Positions 10,121 through 20,502 of a stretch of 64,000 nt of DNA are shown here, piece after piece. Position 1 is the first letter of the stretch. Each line of letters opens with the position of its first letter. Location: the NCBI GenBank assembly GCA_020891255.1, contig BQFW01000013.1, positions 744,001 to 808,000 of the forward strand, in the 5' to 3' direction. This DNA comes from Entomortierella parvispora E1425 (lineage: Eukaryota > Fungi > Mortierellomycota). The position numbers and the translations under genes were made by a program. The notes under the pieces were generated by a model that was not told where the DNA came from, made no database searches, and worked only from the letters and a program-made list of their open reading frames with translations.

Positions 10121-12631
10121 TTAGATCTTGAGCGCTTCGAGCTCCTTCAAAAGAGTAGCCTCGGCAGTAATCTTTTGCAACTGAGTCAACTCCAAGGTCT
10201 CGCCAGCAGCCTGTTTCTCCTTGAGCTCGTGGATCTGCTTCAGCTTTTTTGTTACGTTGCGGATCTTCTTCTCTGTCTCGGTCATTTGGCTGTTGGAGGC
10301 AGTTGTGGCGGGGAGAAGGGCACCGTTCTGGGCCTTGGCCTTGTTATTGCTGTTGTTGGAGGATCCAGAGTTAGGGCGGGGGGTATTGGATCGAGCAGGC
10401 GTCGCCACAGGTGAGCTGTTTCCAGATCCGGCTGCGGGAGCATCCTCACCATCCTTGCTCTTCTTGGCGTTCTCGCGCTTCTTCTTGTTCTTTAATGCGG
10501 CCTTTGAGAGGTTGGCATCAGCGGCAGCGGCAGCAGCGGTAGATGATGAGCTGCTCGCATCCACAAACAATGAGGGAGCAGGAGTTCCACGCGCCTGGGG
10601 AGGTCTGTAAGCTCCCATGCGGACAGGGGCGGGCTTAACAGCAGAAACAGAAACATTGGCGGTAGGCTGAGGGGCGGGGGACAGAGCGGAGCGGATGGGG
10701 TAAACATCAGGCGAACAAGGTCTCCAGGCAACCTGGTAGAGCTCGTTGATCTCCTCCGTATGAACGACGACTCCAGTGTAGTGCCAGATCTTGTATCCGT
10801 TGTCAACACGAAGGCGGGGACTCAAGGTGGCGGTGAGGATATGGCGACCATCAGGAGACCACTCGCAAGCAGTAGTATCACGGGCAGAGACACTTGCAAT
10901 CTTCTTCAAGGTTTTGCGATCCCAAAAGTCCATGGTACCAGCCAAGTTTCCAAATCCAGCCAATACCAAGATGCGTCCCTGAGGGTTCCACTTGATGGTG
11001 TTGCGAGCATCCCGTCCAAACTCGTGCACGGCATTGGCACGATGGTCAAAAAGGGTGGTCTTGGGGTTAGGCATTTGTCCATGAATGACAACAAAGTCCT
11101 TGGAGGCGGGAGCCCAAGCAACATCGTGAATCAACCCATCAATTGGGACTCGGCAGTCAAAGTTTCCAGCTACAGAAAGATAGTACAGGTTGGTCTCTCC
11201 ATAGTAAGACTTTCCAGTCTTGTCGTGGTCGGTGGTGGCCCAAACAAGGACGTTGGTACCGAGCTGGTTCCAGATCATCTGAACACGATCCGCCTTGAAA
11301 AACGACTTGCTAGCAAGAGGGACTGCAAAATTGGTGATCGAGTAGATACGAACCATGGCTGGGGCTCCCTTGCGCTCTCCGAAAAAGACGGCAACGCAGG
11401 TACTCTTTCCAGGTGAGAGTGAGAACTGGGACATGCCCTCCTGAATAAGCTTGGTGAAGGGAGTCTTGGTCAAGTTCTTGGGTTCCCAGAAGTGAACCTC
11501 GTTTGAGACCATCCTTGCGCAGTACGTCTCATCGTCAGTCCACTGAACATTCCTACAAGAGCGTTTGACAAACAAGACAGGGTCAGAAAACTGTGGTTTG
11601 TCGGGCTCAGCAGGTCTGTTCTCTGTCCACTGCGCCTCATTAAAAAATTATCGACCATGCATTACCAGTTGTTCTGTGACTTCTGAGAGAAGGATGTGAA
11701 CTCCTGACCAGTCTTAACATCATAGATCGCCATGTTCCTGTGGGATCCATCCTCAGTCTTGACTAGATATGCAGAGAAGAATACAGATCAGAAACCGGTG
11801 CCCTCTATCCTGAAGAAAAACATCAGCCATAGGCTATCCTTACTCTGACGCTGCCAGGTAGAGAGGAAGGTTCCCTTGGGCGAGAAGTCAATCTCGAGAA
11901 CATCCTTGATAGAAAAGTCCTGGATAATCTGCAAGGACTGGGCATCCATCACCTTTACGCTACACAACGGAATGGACAAATCGGAGAGAGAGAACGAATG
12001 GGTCAGCGGAGGTGGACGAATCGTGAGGCGCAGGACCCTCCAGGGGGCAACCAAAAACGTTAGGCTTAGGCTGGCTCTCATTCCAATGCTCGGTGCGCCT
12101 TACCTCTCAGGGGTGGCCCAAGCAAGATACTGTCCGTTCTTGCTGTACTGGAGCACACGAGCGTTGCCAATTTGCCTAAGGGGAAGGGGTAGAGAGTATC
12201 AGCGGGTGTTGGTCATGAAGTACATTGGTGCAGATGCAAACACACAGCACCAGCTCATCCATCTTTCTCCATCTATCACGGCAGTGACGCCACACAGCCG
12301 CATCTGAAGTCGACACATACTTTTCGAATCCTGCAGGGATGCCGAATGCAGGAGCACCCTCGGAGAGACCGATGCCGGCGGCAGAGCGGTCTGGATTACA
12401 AGAAAGGGCAGGGAAAGCATGGATAGTTCGAGTTAGTCAGATGGCATTGCTACAAATGATGCATCGCCCATTTTAAGCTGATCAGGTTGGGATCATTTCT
12501 CGGATTCTTTGCGACAAAAAGACCCGAAGAAGGCAGGACAATGCCCCTGAAATGCCTCCAAGGTTGTGCGCTTAGCACAACAATAGGAACGTACATGCGA
12601 ATTGGGTGGGTGGCAGGGTGGCGGCGGACAT
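10121..12631 (-). CDS. EIF2A: Eukaryotic translation initiation factor 2A (WD/beta-propeller), multi-exon
   Basis: Spliced start MSAATLPPTQFA-YRSAAGIG...GNARVLQYSKNGQYLAWATPE. The core has KSFFKADRVQMIWN, DKTGKSYYGETNLYYL, GFGNLAGTMDFWD and ATLSPRLRVDNGYKIWHY. The C-terminus is EKKIRNVTKKLKQIHELKEKQAAGETLELTQLQKI. Confidence 0.97.
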
Positions 12632-12723
12632 GATCTTTTGTTCTGTGGAGGAGTGGCAGAGGAAAAAAAGAAAAACTTCAAAAAAGGGCAGAACTTTTGA
12701 CACTGAGAAAGAACAACAGGTCG

Positions 12724-12728
12724 CACGT

Positions 12729-12731
<3 letters not shown>
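12724..12731 (-). promoter_or_regulatory. RTCACGTG bHLH (Cbf1/USF-type E-box) element upstream of eIF2A
   Basis: AGTCACGTG on the sense strand, about 93 nt upstream of the ATG, inside a 159-nt intergenic spacer. Confidence 0.55.
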
Positions 12732-12759
<28 letters not shown>

Positions 12760-12790
12760 ATTTCTCGCGACCCGCAGTGCTACTTACATC

Positions 12791-14015
12791 CTAAAGTCTG
12801 CTCTTGGTATCTTCCTCTGCAACCTTGACAAGCATCTTGCCTGTGTTGTCGCCCTTGAACAATTTCACAAGAGCTTCAGGGGTGTTGTCAATGCCATGTA
12901 CCACGGTCTCGCGACTCTTCAGCTTGCCTTCCTTGATCCACTTTGACATGTCTTCAATTGCCTTGCCGTATTGCTCGGCATAGTCGAAAACAATAAAGCC
13001 CTCCATTCTGGCGCGCTGTGTGATCAGGGCACTGTAATAGGCGGGTCCCTTGGGAACAGCATCATTGTAGGTGCTGATAGCACCGCAGACAATAATGCGG
13101 CCCTTGAAGGCGATGCGACGCAGGCACCCATCCAAAATGTCTCCACCAGTGTTGTCAAAAAAGATGTCAATGAGCTTGGGGGTGGCGGCATGAAGCTCCT
13201 TGAAGAAAGTCTTGGACTTGTAGTTCAAGGCAACATCCAGACCGAGCTCCTTCACCAGGTAATCACACTTGTCATCCGAGCCAGCGATACCAATCACGCG
13301 GCATCCAAAGACATGCTTGGCGATCTGAGCTGCAACGGATCCTGTTGCTCCAGCGGCCTATCAACGAGTTGTCAGATTAGAAAACATTTCTAGAGATTTG
13401 GGCGGGTTCGTGGTGGGGCATATCAAATGAGAGAGCACTTACACCTGAGACGACGACCGTGCAATTGGGGCCACCCTTCTTGACAATCTCGCCGACTTCA
13501 AAGAGTCCAAAGTACGCTGTCAAACCTGTCAATCCCAAAACACCCAAAAATGTGGAGGGGGAGATTCCAGGGAACGCATTGATCTTCACAACGTCGTCCG
13601 AAGGCTTCAAGACAGAGTATTCTTGCCAACCGCAGTGTGCTCGAATAAGTTCACCAACTTTGAAATCTGGGTTGCTGGACTTGATGATCTGGCAAACATC
13701 GGCCGAGCGCATGACCTCGTCAATCCTGACAGGGCGGATATATCTACAGAGACGCAATACCAAAACGTCAGTCAATTAGATGACGGGACAGAGAAAGGGC
13801 GTTTTTTAAGGCATGACAGACACCTACGAGCGAACATCACGCATCCAACCGCGCATAGCAGGGTCGAGAGAGATGAAAAGAACCTTGACTAGAATCTCGC
13901 CGGGAGCAAGGTCGTCCGACAAGGACACCTGCTGCTTGCGGAAAGTGGTAGCAGGGTCGATTTCGGCAACGGGTCGGTTGGCCAATACGATCTGAGTGTT
14001 CTTGATAAAACCCAT
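12791..14015 (-). CDS. NADP-dependent oxidoreductase, MDR superfamily (prostaglandin reductase / 2-alkenal reductase-like), multi-exon
   Basis: MGFIKNTQIVLANRP...ISLDPAMRGWM, LGVLGLTGLTAYFGL, VVVSG-AAGATGS, IGIAGSDDKC, FFDNTGGDIL, CGAISTYN, RARMEGFIVFDY, GDNTGKMLVKV. Confidence 0.95.
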
Positions 14016-14443
14016 CGTGAAATAGTGATAGCAGTAAAAAGAGTGGAGAAGGGAAAGAAAGAGTGGAGAATAAAGAACAGGGAAGAGAGGAAAAGAGAAG
14101 AGAAGAAGGAAGTGAATGAAATGAAATGGCAAGAGACGATGATTTCTGAAGGAATGGAGGAAGCCTGTGGAGTTGCTGAGCGTGGAGCGAACAGACAAGA
14201 ATAATTTCTCGATCGACCAGTCAACGGGTGATCCGCAAAATTCGACCCGGCTCTCGCTGCACGCGTTCGATCACATTTCGCTGTCCACTTGAGTCTTCTC
14301 CACAGGACTCTTCTTTTTCGGCAACTATTGTACAGTACATATCCAACGCTGGACCGATCCTCGCCGGGCAGCTGTAACGGAGCGTCGATCGATGGTGATA
14401 TACAATTTATTTACAATGCAAAAAAGCCGGGTCGGCTATATGA

Positions 14444-15805
14444 TTAGTCCAAGTCCATGTCCATGATCTTTTCCTCCAGACCCATGAGCGGGCCATCCTC
14501 TTCTACCAGTCCACACCCTTCATCGTCCGCCAAGTTGCCATCATTTTCTAGATCTTCTTCTCTATCACTGTGCGAGTCCTCATCATCCTCAAGCTCTTCG
14601 ACAATCACCCCGGATTCTGGGCCATCGTCATAAAAGTCATTGAAAACACCGTCAAAAGTGCTGTCTTCGTCTTGGTGACCACGATTGTAGAGAACCAGCT
14701 CACCACCATGAGTATCTTTCAGAGGGAAGACACTTCCTGGACCATGCATACTCCAAGAATCCCAGTGGAAATTTTCCATAGCGTCTGGGAATGACAACTT
14801 TTTCTGTCGGGGCACTTGAACAAGGGCACGTTCTCCTGAATCCATGATCTCGTCAATACGATCAAGAGGCAAGTCCTTGTTTTGGTCAGCTTCATCCCTC
14901 TGTCTGCTCTCAGTTGTACTACGAGCTCTATTCCATTTAGTGTTGAGCCAAGGAAAAAACTGCTGGCGGTGGCTGGCTCCCAGTTTTCTGTTCCAAAATG
15001 CTTCAGTAGGCTTGAACCCTTGGACATCAGAGTCGCCGTCGCCCAAAAAGTGTAGATGCGACTGGCTCTGCGACTTTCCTAAGCGTAGCTTCTTTGCTGG
15101 CGATGGCTGAGAACCATGGTCTACAATTGGATGTAGGTTTCCATCCTCTTGAGCCTCAAAAACTTCTGCTCTCTGCGATTCAGTGGATCCACAGTTGATA
15201 ACGCATTCCCGTCTCCTCTTGTGTTCGTTTTCGCCCAGATGAAGGGCTACCAGTTCCTCGCCTGATGATAAATCAATGATGCTCGGTCCTGCTAATCCTC
15301 CAAACTTTCGGGTCAGTGACTCTGAGGTAGCGGCCTGCCACGGTTGGAATGTTGTTGCTGCCTTTGTACCTGCAACGTGAGTCGACTCTTCCTGACTAGT
15401 CTTCTTGAAATTGGACTCTGCACGTTCGGGTGAGTCTTGAGGGGTCGCCCTAGACCTGTCCGTCATAGTCTTTTTGGCCTTTTTACACGGACGCTGGCCA
15501 TTGGGCCATGGAGATGGTGCTCGGATGGGTTGGTTGCTGATCTCTTTTTCGCCTTCCTGATCTTTCAAAGATGCATCAAGGGCTGCAACAAACTCGGCAT
15601 CAAACTGGAAGGGATGCTTGCGCTTGTAAGGATTGTTGCCGACATACTCCTGGTTGTTGGATTCTGTGCTAGAATAGTTGCTCGTCATGTCGGGATGCAT
15701 GGCCGAGGGGAAGGTATCCTGGCTGCTGTGCTTCACATGGTGGCTCTTTGGCGCAGTCCTGGGTTGGTCGTGGAGTGAAACGGAGCAGGCACGCTGAGCA
15801 AACAT
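14444..15805 (-). CDS. Hypothetical hydrophilic/disordered protein with acidic C-terminus (start uncertain)
   Basis: An open frame of more than 450 codons with basic NLS-like patches (PCKKAKK, HKRRRE, PAKKLR) and a D/E-rich end. No recognisable domain. The ATG at 15805 was chosen because an RTCACGTG element sits about 160 nt upstream. Confidence 0.7.
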   Translation of the reverse strand: MFAQRACSVSLHDQPRTAPKSHHVKHSSQDTFPSAMHPDMTSNYSSTESNNQEYVGNNPYKRKHPFQFDAEFVAALDASLKDQEGEKEISNQPIRAPSPWPNGQRPCKKAKKTMTDRSRATPQDSPERAESNFKKTSQEESTHVAGTKAATTFQPWQAATSESLTRKFGGLAGPSIIDLSSGEELVALHLGENEHKRRRECVINCGSTESQRAEVFEAQEDGNLHPIVDHGSQPSPAKKLRLGKSQSQSHLHFLGDGDSDVQGFKPTEAFWNRKLGASHRQQFFPWLNTKWNRARSTTESRQRDEADQNKDLPLDRIDEIMDSGERALVQVPRQKKLSFPDAMENFHWDSWSMHGPGSVFPLKDTHGGELVLYNRGHQDEDSTFDGVFNDFYDDGPESGVIVEELEDDEDSHSDREEDLENDGNLADDEGCGLVEEDGPLMGLEEKIMDMDLD

Positions 15806-15962
15806 ACACGATGCCAGGTGTAGTAGCTGATGGTGATGAGGCGGACAAGAGAAGAGTGGATGTCTTACTTGAGGTCGACTATAGAAAGGGAATAGAGATA
15901 TGAAGGAGGAGTGCATCACCATGGAACATGCACGGCATTCTCATGGGGAGTCAAAAATTCTC

Positions 15963-15970
15963 CACGTGAC
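15963..15970 (-). promoter_or_regulatory. RTCACGTG element upstream of the hypothetical gene
   Basis: AGTCACGTGG on the sense strand. Confidence 0.5.
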
Positions 15971-17362
15971 TTGCATTTATTTTGCCGTGATTGGTCAGAC
16001 TGGAGAGACGGCTGTGCCTGGAACAGAGGTTGATGTGGATGCAAATTTTCAAGACTTCCAGTTTTCGGGAGAGCAATGGACTTCGCTGATATATCTGGCA
16101 GCCTAGTGCAATGGTGCAATTGGAATTGATGCCTCATGTCCGATGAGAGGGTAAACCACGGCTTTCATACGCGCAAATGAGGATGGGTTTAGTCAGACAA
16201 ACGACAGGGATAGCTGGGTTGTATCTCTATACGGGGGTCTCAACCCCAGCCATTCGTACACAAATGGCGATGTCCAACCCTGTACAAAGAGCACTGGGTA
16301 GCAGTTGGGATCATTGAGCTGCAGTTCGCGAGTTGTTCGGCTTGTCCCTAGTTTCGTTACTCTGAAAGCGCATAACTCAGTGAAGAAGGGTATCACTCAT
16401 GATTAACTGCTGCGGTTCATGTAACCTGCCCCTCTCAAGATCTATGGTATCGACCGCCTCGAGTCAACTCCCAGATTCTTGCGGCACCCCTGATCCTAAA
16501 CAGCGGCAAGAAGTCCTTGGATATTTTAAGAATGGTATTCAATTTCGTACAATAGGCGTTTGACGAACTATAGGAGAAAGCGCAAGGGGTGAAAGAGTCT
16601 CTCGGGGTAGTCTGCATTTGTCCATTGGGAGACAATAGTCAGATTCCCTTCATAATGGGGTGAAAACGTCAGAAAACTGATCGGAAAGCTATATTACAAC
16701 CATGAAAAGGCGCGACATACACAGGCGACAGGGCCCCTATTTGACCCAGTTTCTACAACCAAGAAAACGAGCCCAAGTCGTGTGTCCATCTGGAGAGGCT
16801 CTTGTTGATTTTTCATGTTTGGGAGAGCACCTCGATGGATGGGCTGGTCCGAGCGTGGGTGTGCGTGGTCTCAATCGCAGACCAGCTCAGTTGATCTCGC
16901 CTCCAGGCACCAAGGATGGAGGATACCAACGATGGACGTGAAGGTGGCAGGGCATGGGCATAGCGAGTGAGTCCAGTCGCGCTTGCGCCAAGACTGGCTA
17001 CAGAGGGAGGGCAGAGATATAGAAGGATGCAAGGGCAGGCAATGGGCTGTTCTATTTTTGCTTCAGGGACGACAGGTTGTCGAGGCGCCCAATGCTCCAA
17101 GGAAAACAAAGCGCCTGCCTACTCTGCCCTCGTCCTGTGCCCAAGGATCCTTTTTCCTCTTTTTCCCTCCTTCATGATTTACATTCATTCTTCTGATTGA
17201 TCCTTCATCCTTCCTTGACGCCCTCCCCATTGTGCATTCTTGCCTCAAAGATTCGGTCCGTCGGTCTTTGTCTCTTCGCTCTCTCCACTCTCTCCACTCT
17301 CTCTCTCCTCCCTCTCCTTACTTTACCTGCAGACTCCCTTGGATCATACGGAAGAAGACATC

Positions 17363-18554
17363 ATGACCTCACATCAACTTCTCTCTGTCGTGCCCGGCTC
17401 AACTGTTGTTCCTATTGCACAGCGACTCCAGGACAACAAGTACCAACTGCACTCGACCTTCAACCCCAACCGACACTCGCTGCCAAGTGCGCACGCTCTC
17501 TACCACAATCAGCATACCCTTTTTCAGAGTCAAAAAGAGCGCCCGCAACAGTTTCCAAACCCCCTTCTTCAAAAACAGCTACAGCAGCAACACCAGTTTC
17601 AAGAGAAGCCACGCGCAGGGGGGCCAAGGCTCAGTCTTGATACTTCAGATGAGCGTCTTCAGAACGTCACCGTGATCAACCACGGGAACAGGCGTTACCT
17701 GAAGTTATTCTCGCCCGGACTTGTCGAGTCCCCGCAATCGTTTTTGAACCAGAAGCAGCTGGTCGAGGACAAGAACCTGTGGGAGAACGGTCCCAACGCA
17801 GCTTTTCAGAAGCAACTGGAGGTCGAGAAACGGGAAGCCTACAGAGGTAAGGGTGCAGTGGTACTTCGTGCCACAGGAAAACCACATCCCTCCTCTCTTT
17901 TTTGCTGGCTTCGGTCCCCCAACCCAGTCTGAGTCCACCTCTTCCCCAGTGTCTGTGCAGCCGTTTGTCCTCTGGTCGGCACCCCTGCCCAACTTCTTCG
18001 TACTGTTCACGAGGAAAAGGGGTGGAGGAGAACCACTGGGAACAAGTGCGTCATGTGCGTGCCAGTCCAACATCCACCATCCACACTAAACAAATGCAAT
18101 CAATCTAACGTGATCTCTTTATTTTTGGTCAATAGCGCGGTCAAAGCAGCAACTTCGAGGCTTCTTCATGGGCCTATGGCTGGGATGTCTACTTGGAGTT
18201 CTGATCGTGCAACAAACATCAACCAAGATTTACTACTGGAGGTAATAACCTGATCTGTTTTCACTTGCAGACCTTACCGTGGATTGACTGTCGTTCGCAT
18301 TCTCACCTTTGTTAATTGTTCAATGTAGACACGACTTCCTCTCCTCTTTCACTCCATTGATTGTACTTCTCGTGGCAGTCAGCTGTGTCATAGTACTGCG
18401 ATCAGGAACGCGATGCACCATTGCGGCTGTCGCGACGTGCGCAGCTGTGCTTACTTGCTTCGCCACGCTGATTGTAAACCAAAGTCGGTACTCACCCGAG
18501 TTTCGTGTCTACGGCAGCAGAACTCGCCATGTCACAACGACGACAACAGAGTAA
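17363..18554 (+). CDS. Hypothetical membrane protein, about 271 aa, three C-terminal TM helices; exons 17363..17846, 18136..18241, 18329..18554
   Basis: Two GT-AG introns with matching phases (1 and 2) join a Q-rich soluble N-terminus to GFFMGLWLGCLLGVLIV, FTPLIVLLVAVSCVIVL and TIAAVATCAAVLTCFATLIV. Confidence 0.7.
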
Positions 18555-18887
18555 TCGAGCCTCTCCTCTCTTACATTGTATACATACTCTCATACTACAG
18601 CCAAATACCTCTCCTATCTATTATCTTTCCTCTCTGCCGTACTTCATTGAACACCTTGTAGTCAGTGGGAATCTACTCCAGCCTTGTACTCTAATACCCG
18701 CAATGAGCAATACCTTCAATAAACAATAAAGGACATGTTACATCTGCGCGCTCATAACGCGCGTGTTTTTCTTGAAAGTGGAACGTGTTTTGGAGTTTCT
18801 ATTCACTGCACTGCCACACTCGAATTTTTTTGGACTTGCACAATTGAACTTTTCATTTCTGCATCTCATCCATCGAGCAAAAACACA

Positions 18888-20249
18888 ATGGCGACACCAC
18901 ATCCATTGGGGCTGCCAGAACTCAGGCAGCACTTGGCTCAATTCTTGGTACAACGCGAGCTCCTCGCTTGCACACTTGTCTCACGCGATTGGCACCGTAG
19001 TTTTATACCATACGTCTGGCAAAGTCTCGTTATCGACGAGCAGTTTGACGAGCAGGTTGACGACAAAGTAGCGGCCCAGATTCTTCAAAAGCACTCATGT
19101 CACATCGAAACACTCGTTTGGCATGGATCTCACAAACCATGTATGGACCTACTGATCTGCTCAAAGCTCAAAAGTCTGACACTCCTCATTGGGGTGGATG
19201 AACAATTTCAGTTTGTTGAACGATTTGGTGGCAAGCTTAAAAGTTTGTCGTTTGACGTCGTGGAAGATTACTTGTCGGAATTTGACTGGTCCAAGCCCCT
19301 GGATGCAGCCATTGCCTGCCCGCTGTTGGAGTCATTGTCTCTCTATGGCACTGGTGTTGAAGCGCAAGATTGGCCTAGATGCTGGAGTCTTTGGACAGGG
19401 TTGACAAGCTTACTTTTGGAAGACTACGATTTCTACAGCCTCAGCAATTATAGCCGACACGGTGTGGAGGCGTCATTTTTTGAAGGACTGCCCACGACAA
19501 GAATTACAAAACTGGAATTGACAAAGAACTATGGATTGGGGGATGAGCTCGTGTTTCTCAAACTATGCCCAGAGTTGGAAACATTCATCTGGCACCCAAG
19601 AGATCAACACCAACAATGGAGACACTTGACAGAATAGGCGAGGCACTGTCCCAAACTAGTAGATTTTGCCTTGAACATTGCATCTGAAAAAAGAGAGGAA
19701 ACTCTGTTCTTGGAATCAAGGGCGAGCATCAATCCTCCGCGAGTTTTGTCCCTGAAGCAAGGCAACAGCCTCGGATATTCTTTTTATCAAACAGGTCAAC
19801 CCTATCGACAACTTCTTGCTTTGTCGATTCGGGTTCTAAATATCGGGAAAACGCCTGAAAGTGACAGCCACTGTATTCAGGAGATCCTGTGCTCACTGCC
19901 AGGTCTCGATGTGTTTTCCGCTGGAATACTCTTGGAAAATGATACTCTAGACGACCCTCGGCCATGGATCTGTCAGGGGCTCTCCAGCCTGACCATTGAT
20001 ATTGCACCAACTTCAACAAGTTCTCAGGATGGCATCTTGGACCGAATTGCGGGCCTGAAGCTTTTGCGTACCTTGGACTTCTCATGCGGCCAATCGAGAC
20101 CCAATGGCAAGCACTTGACCTTTCGACGAGACTGTGGACTTGATAAGTTGATACCACTGCGGCGTCTCACCTGCTTGAAGTTACCAAAGGCGAGCCAGGA
20201 TATGGCAAAAGATGACATTCAATGGGTCTTGGAGATTTGGCCAAAGTAG
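18888..20249 (+). pseudogene. F-box/leucine-rich-repeat protein interrupted by an in-frame TAG at 19635-19637 (pseudogene, nonsense allele or sequencing error)
   Basis: F-box-like start MATPHPLGLPELRQHLAQFL...LACTLVSRDWHRSFIPYVW, then LRR motifs (CPLLESLSL, CPELETF). The same frame continues after the stop as ARHCPKLVDF...RPWICQGLSSL...GLDKLIPLRRLTCL. Confidence 0.7.
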
Positions 20250-20502
20250 ATTGGGTCATGGTGTGAGACTTGAGAAAAAAAAAATTAATGTCTCGGTGTG
20301 ACCCTGCATGTGGATCGACGCCACCATCTTTTTGTCTGTCTCCAGATTTTTTTTGTTTTTGCTTCTCTTCAAGCCCTTTGCACCATACACACTTCCACTC
20401 TCTTTATCTCATTACCCTTCTCCCTTGTCTCTGTATATAGTCCCATCTGTACATACTGTTCATATTGTTTTCTAATAATCCGCACCCCGATATCACAATA
20501 CC

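Noticed and set aside
10221-11416. + strand ORFs of 129-218 aa over eIF2A (similar shadow ORFs overlap PMT, the ApoO-like gene, the permease and PRO3, e.g. 44854..45861)
   Set aside because: Antisense or alternative-frame shadows caused by the biased codon usage of the real genes.
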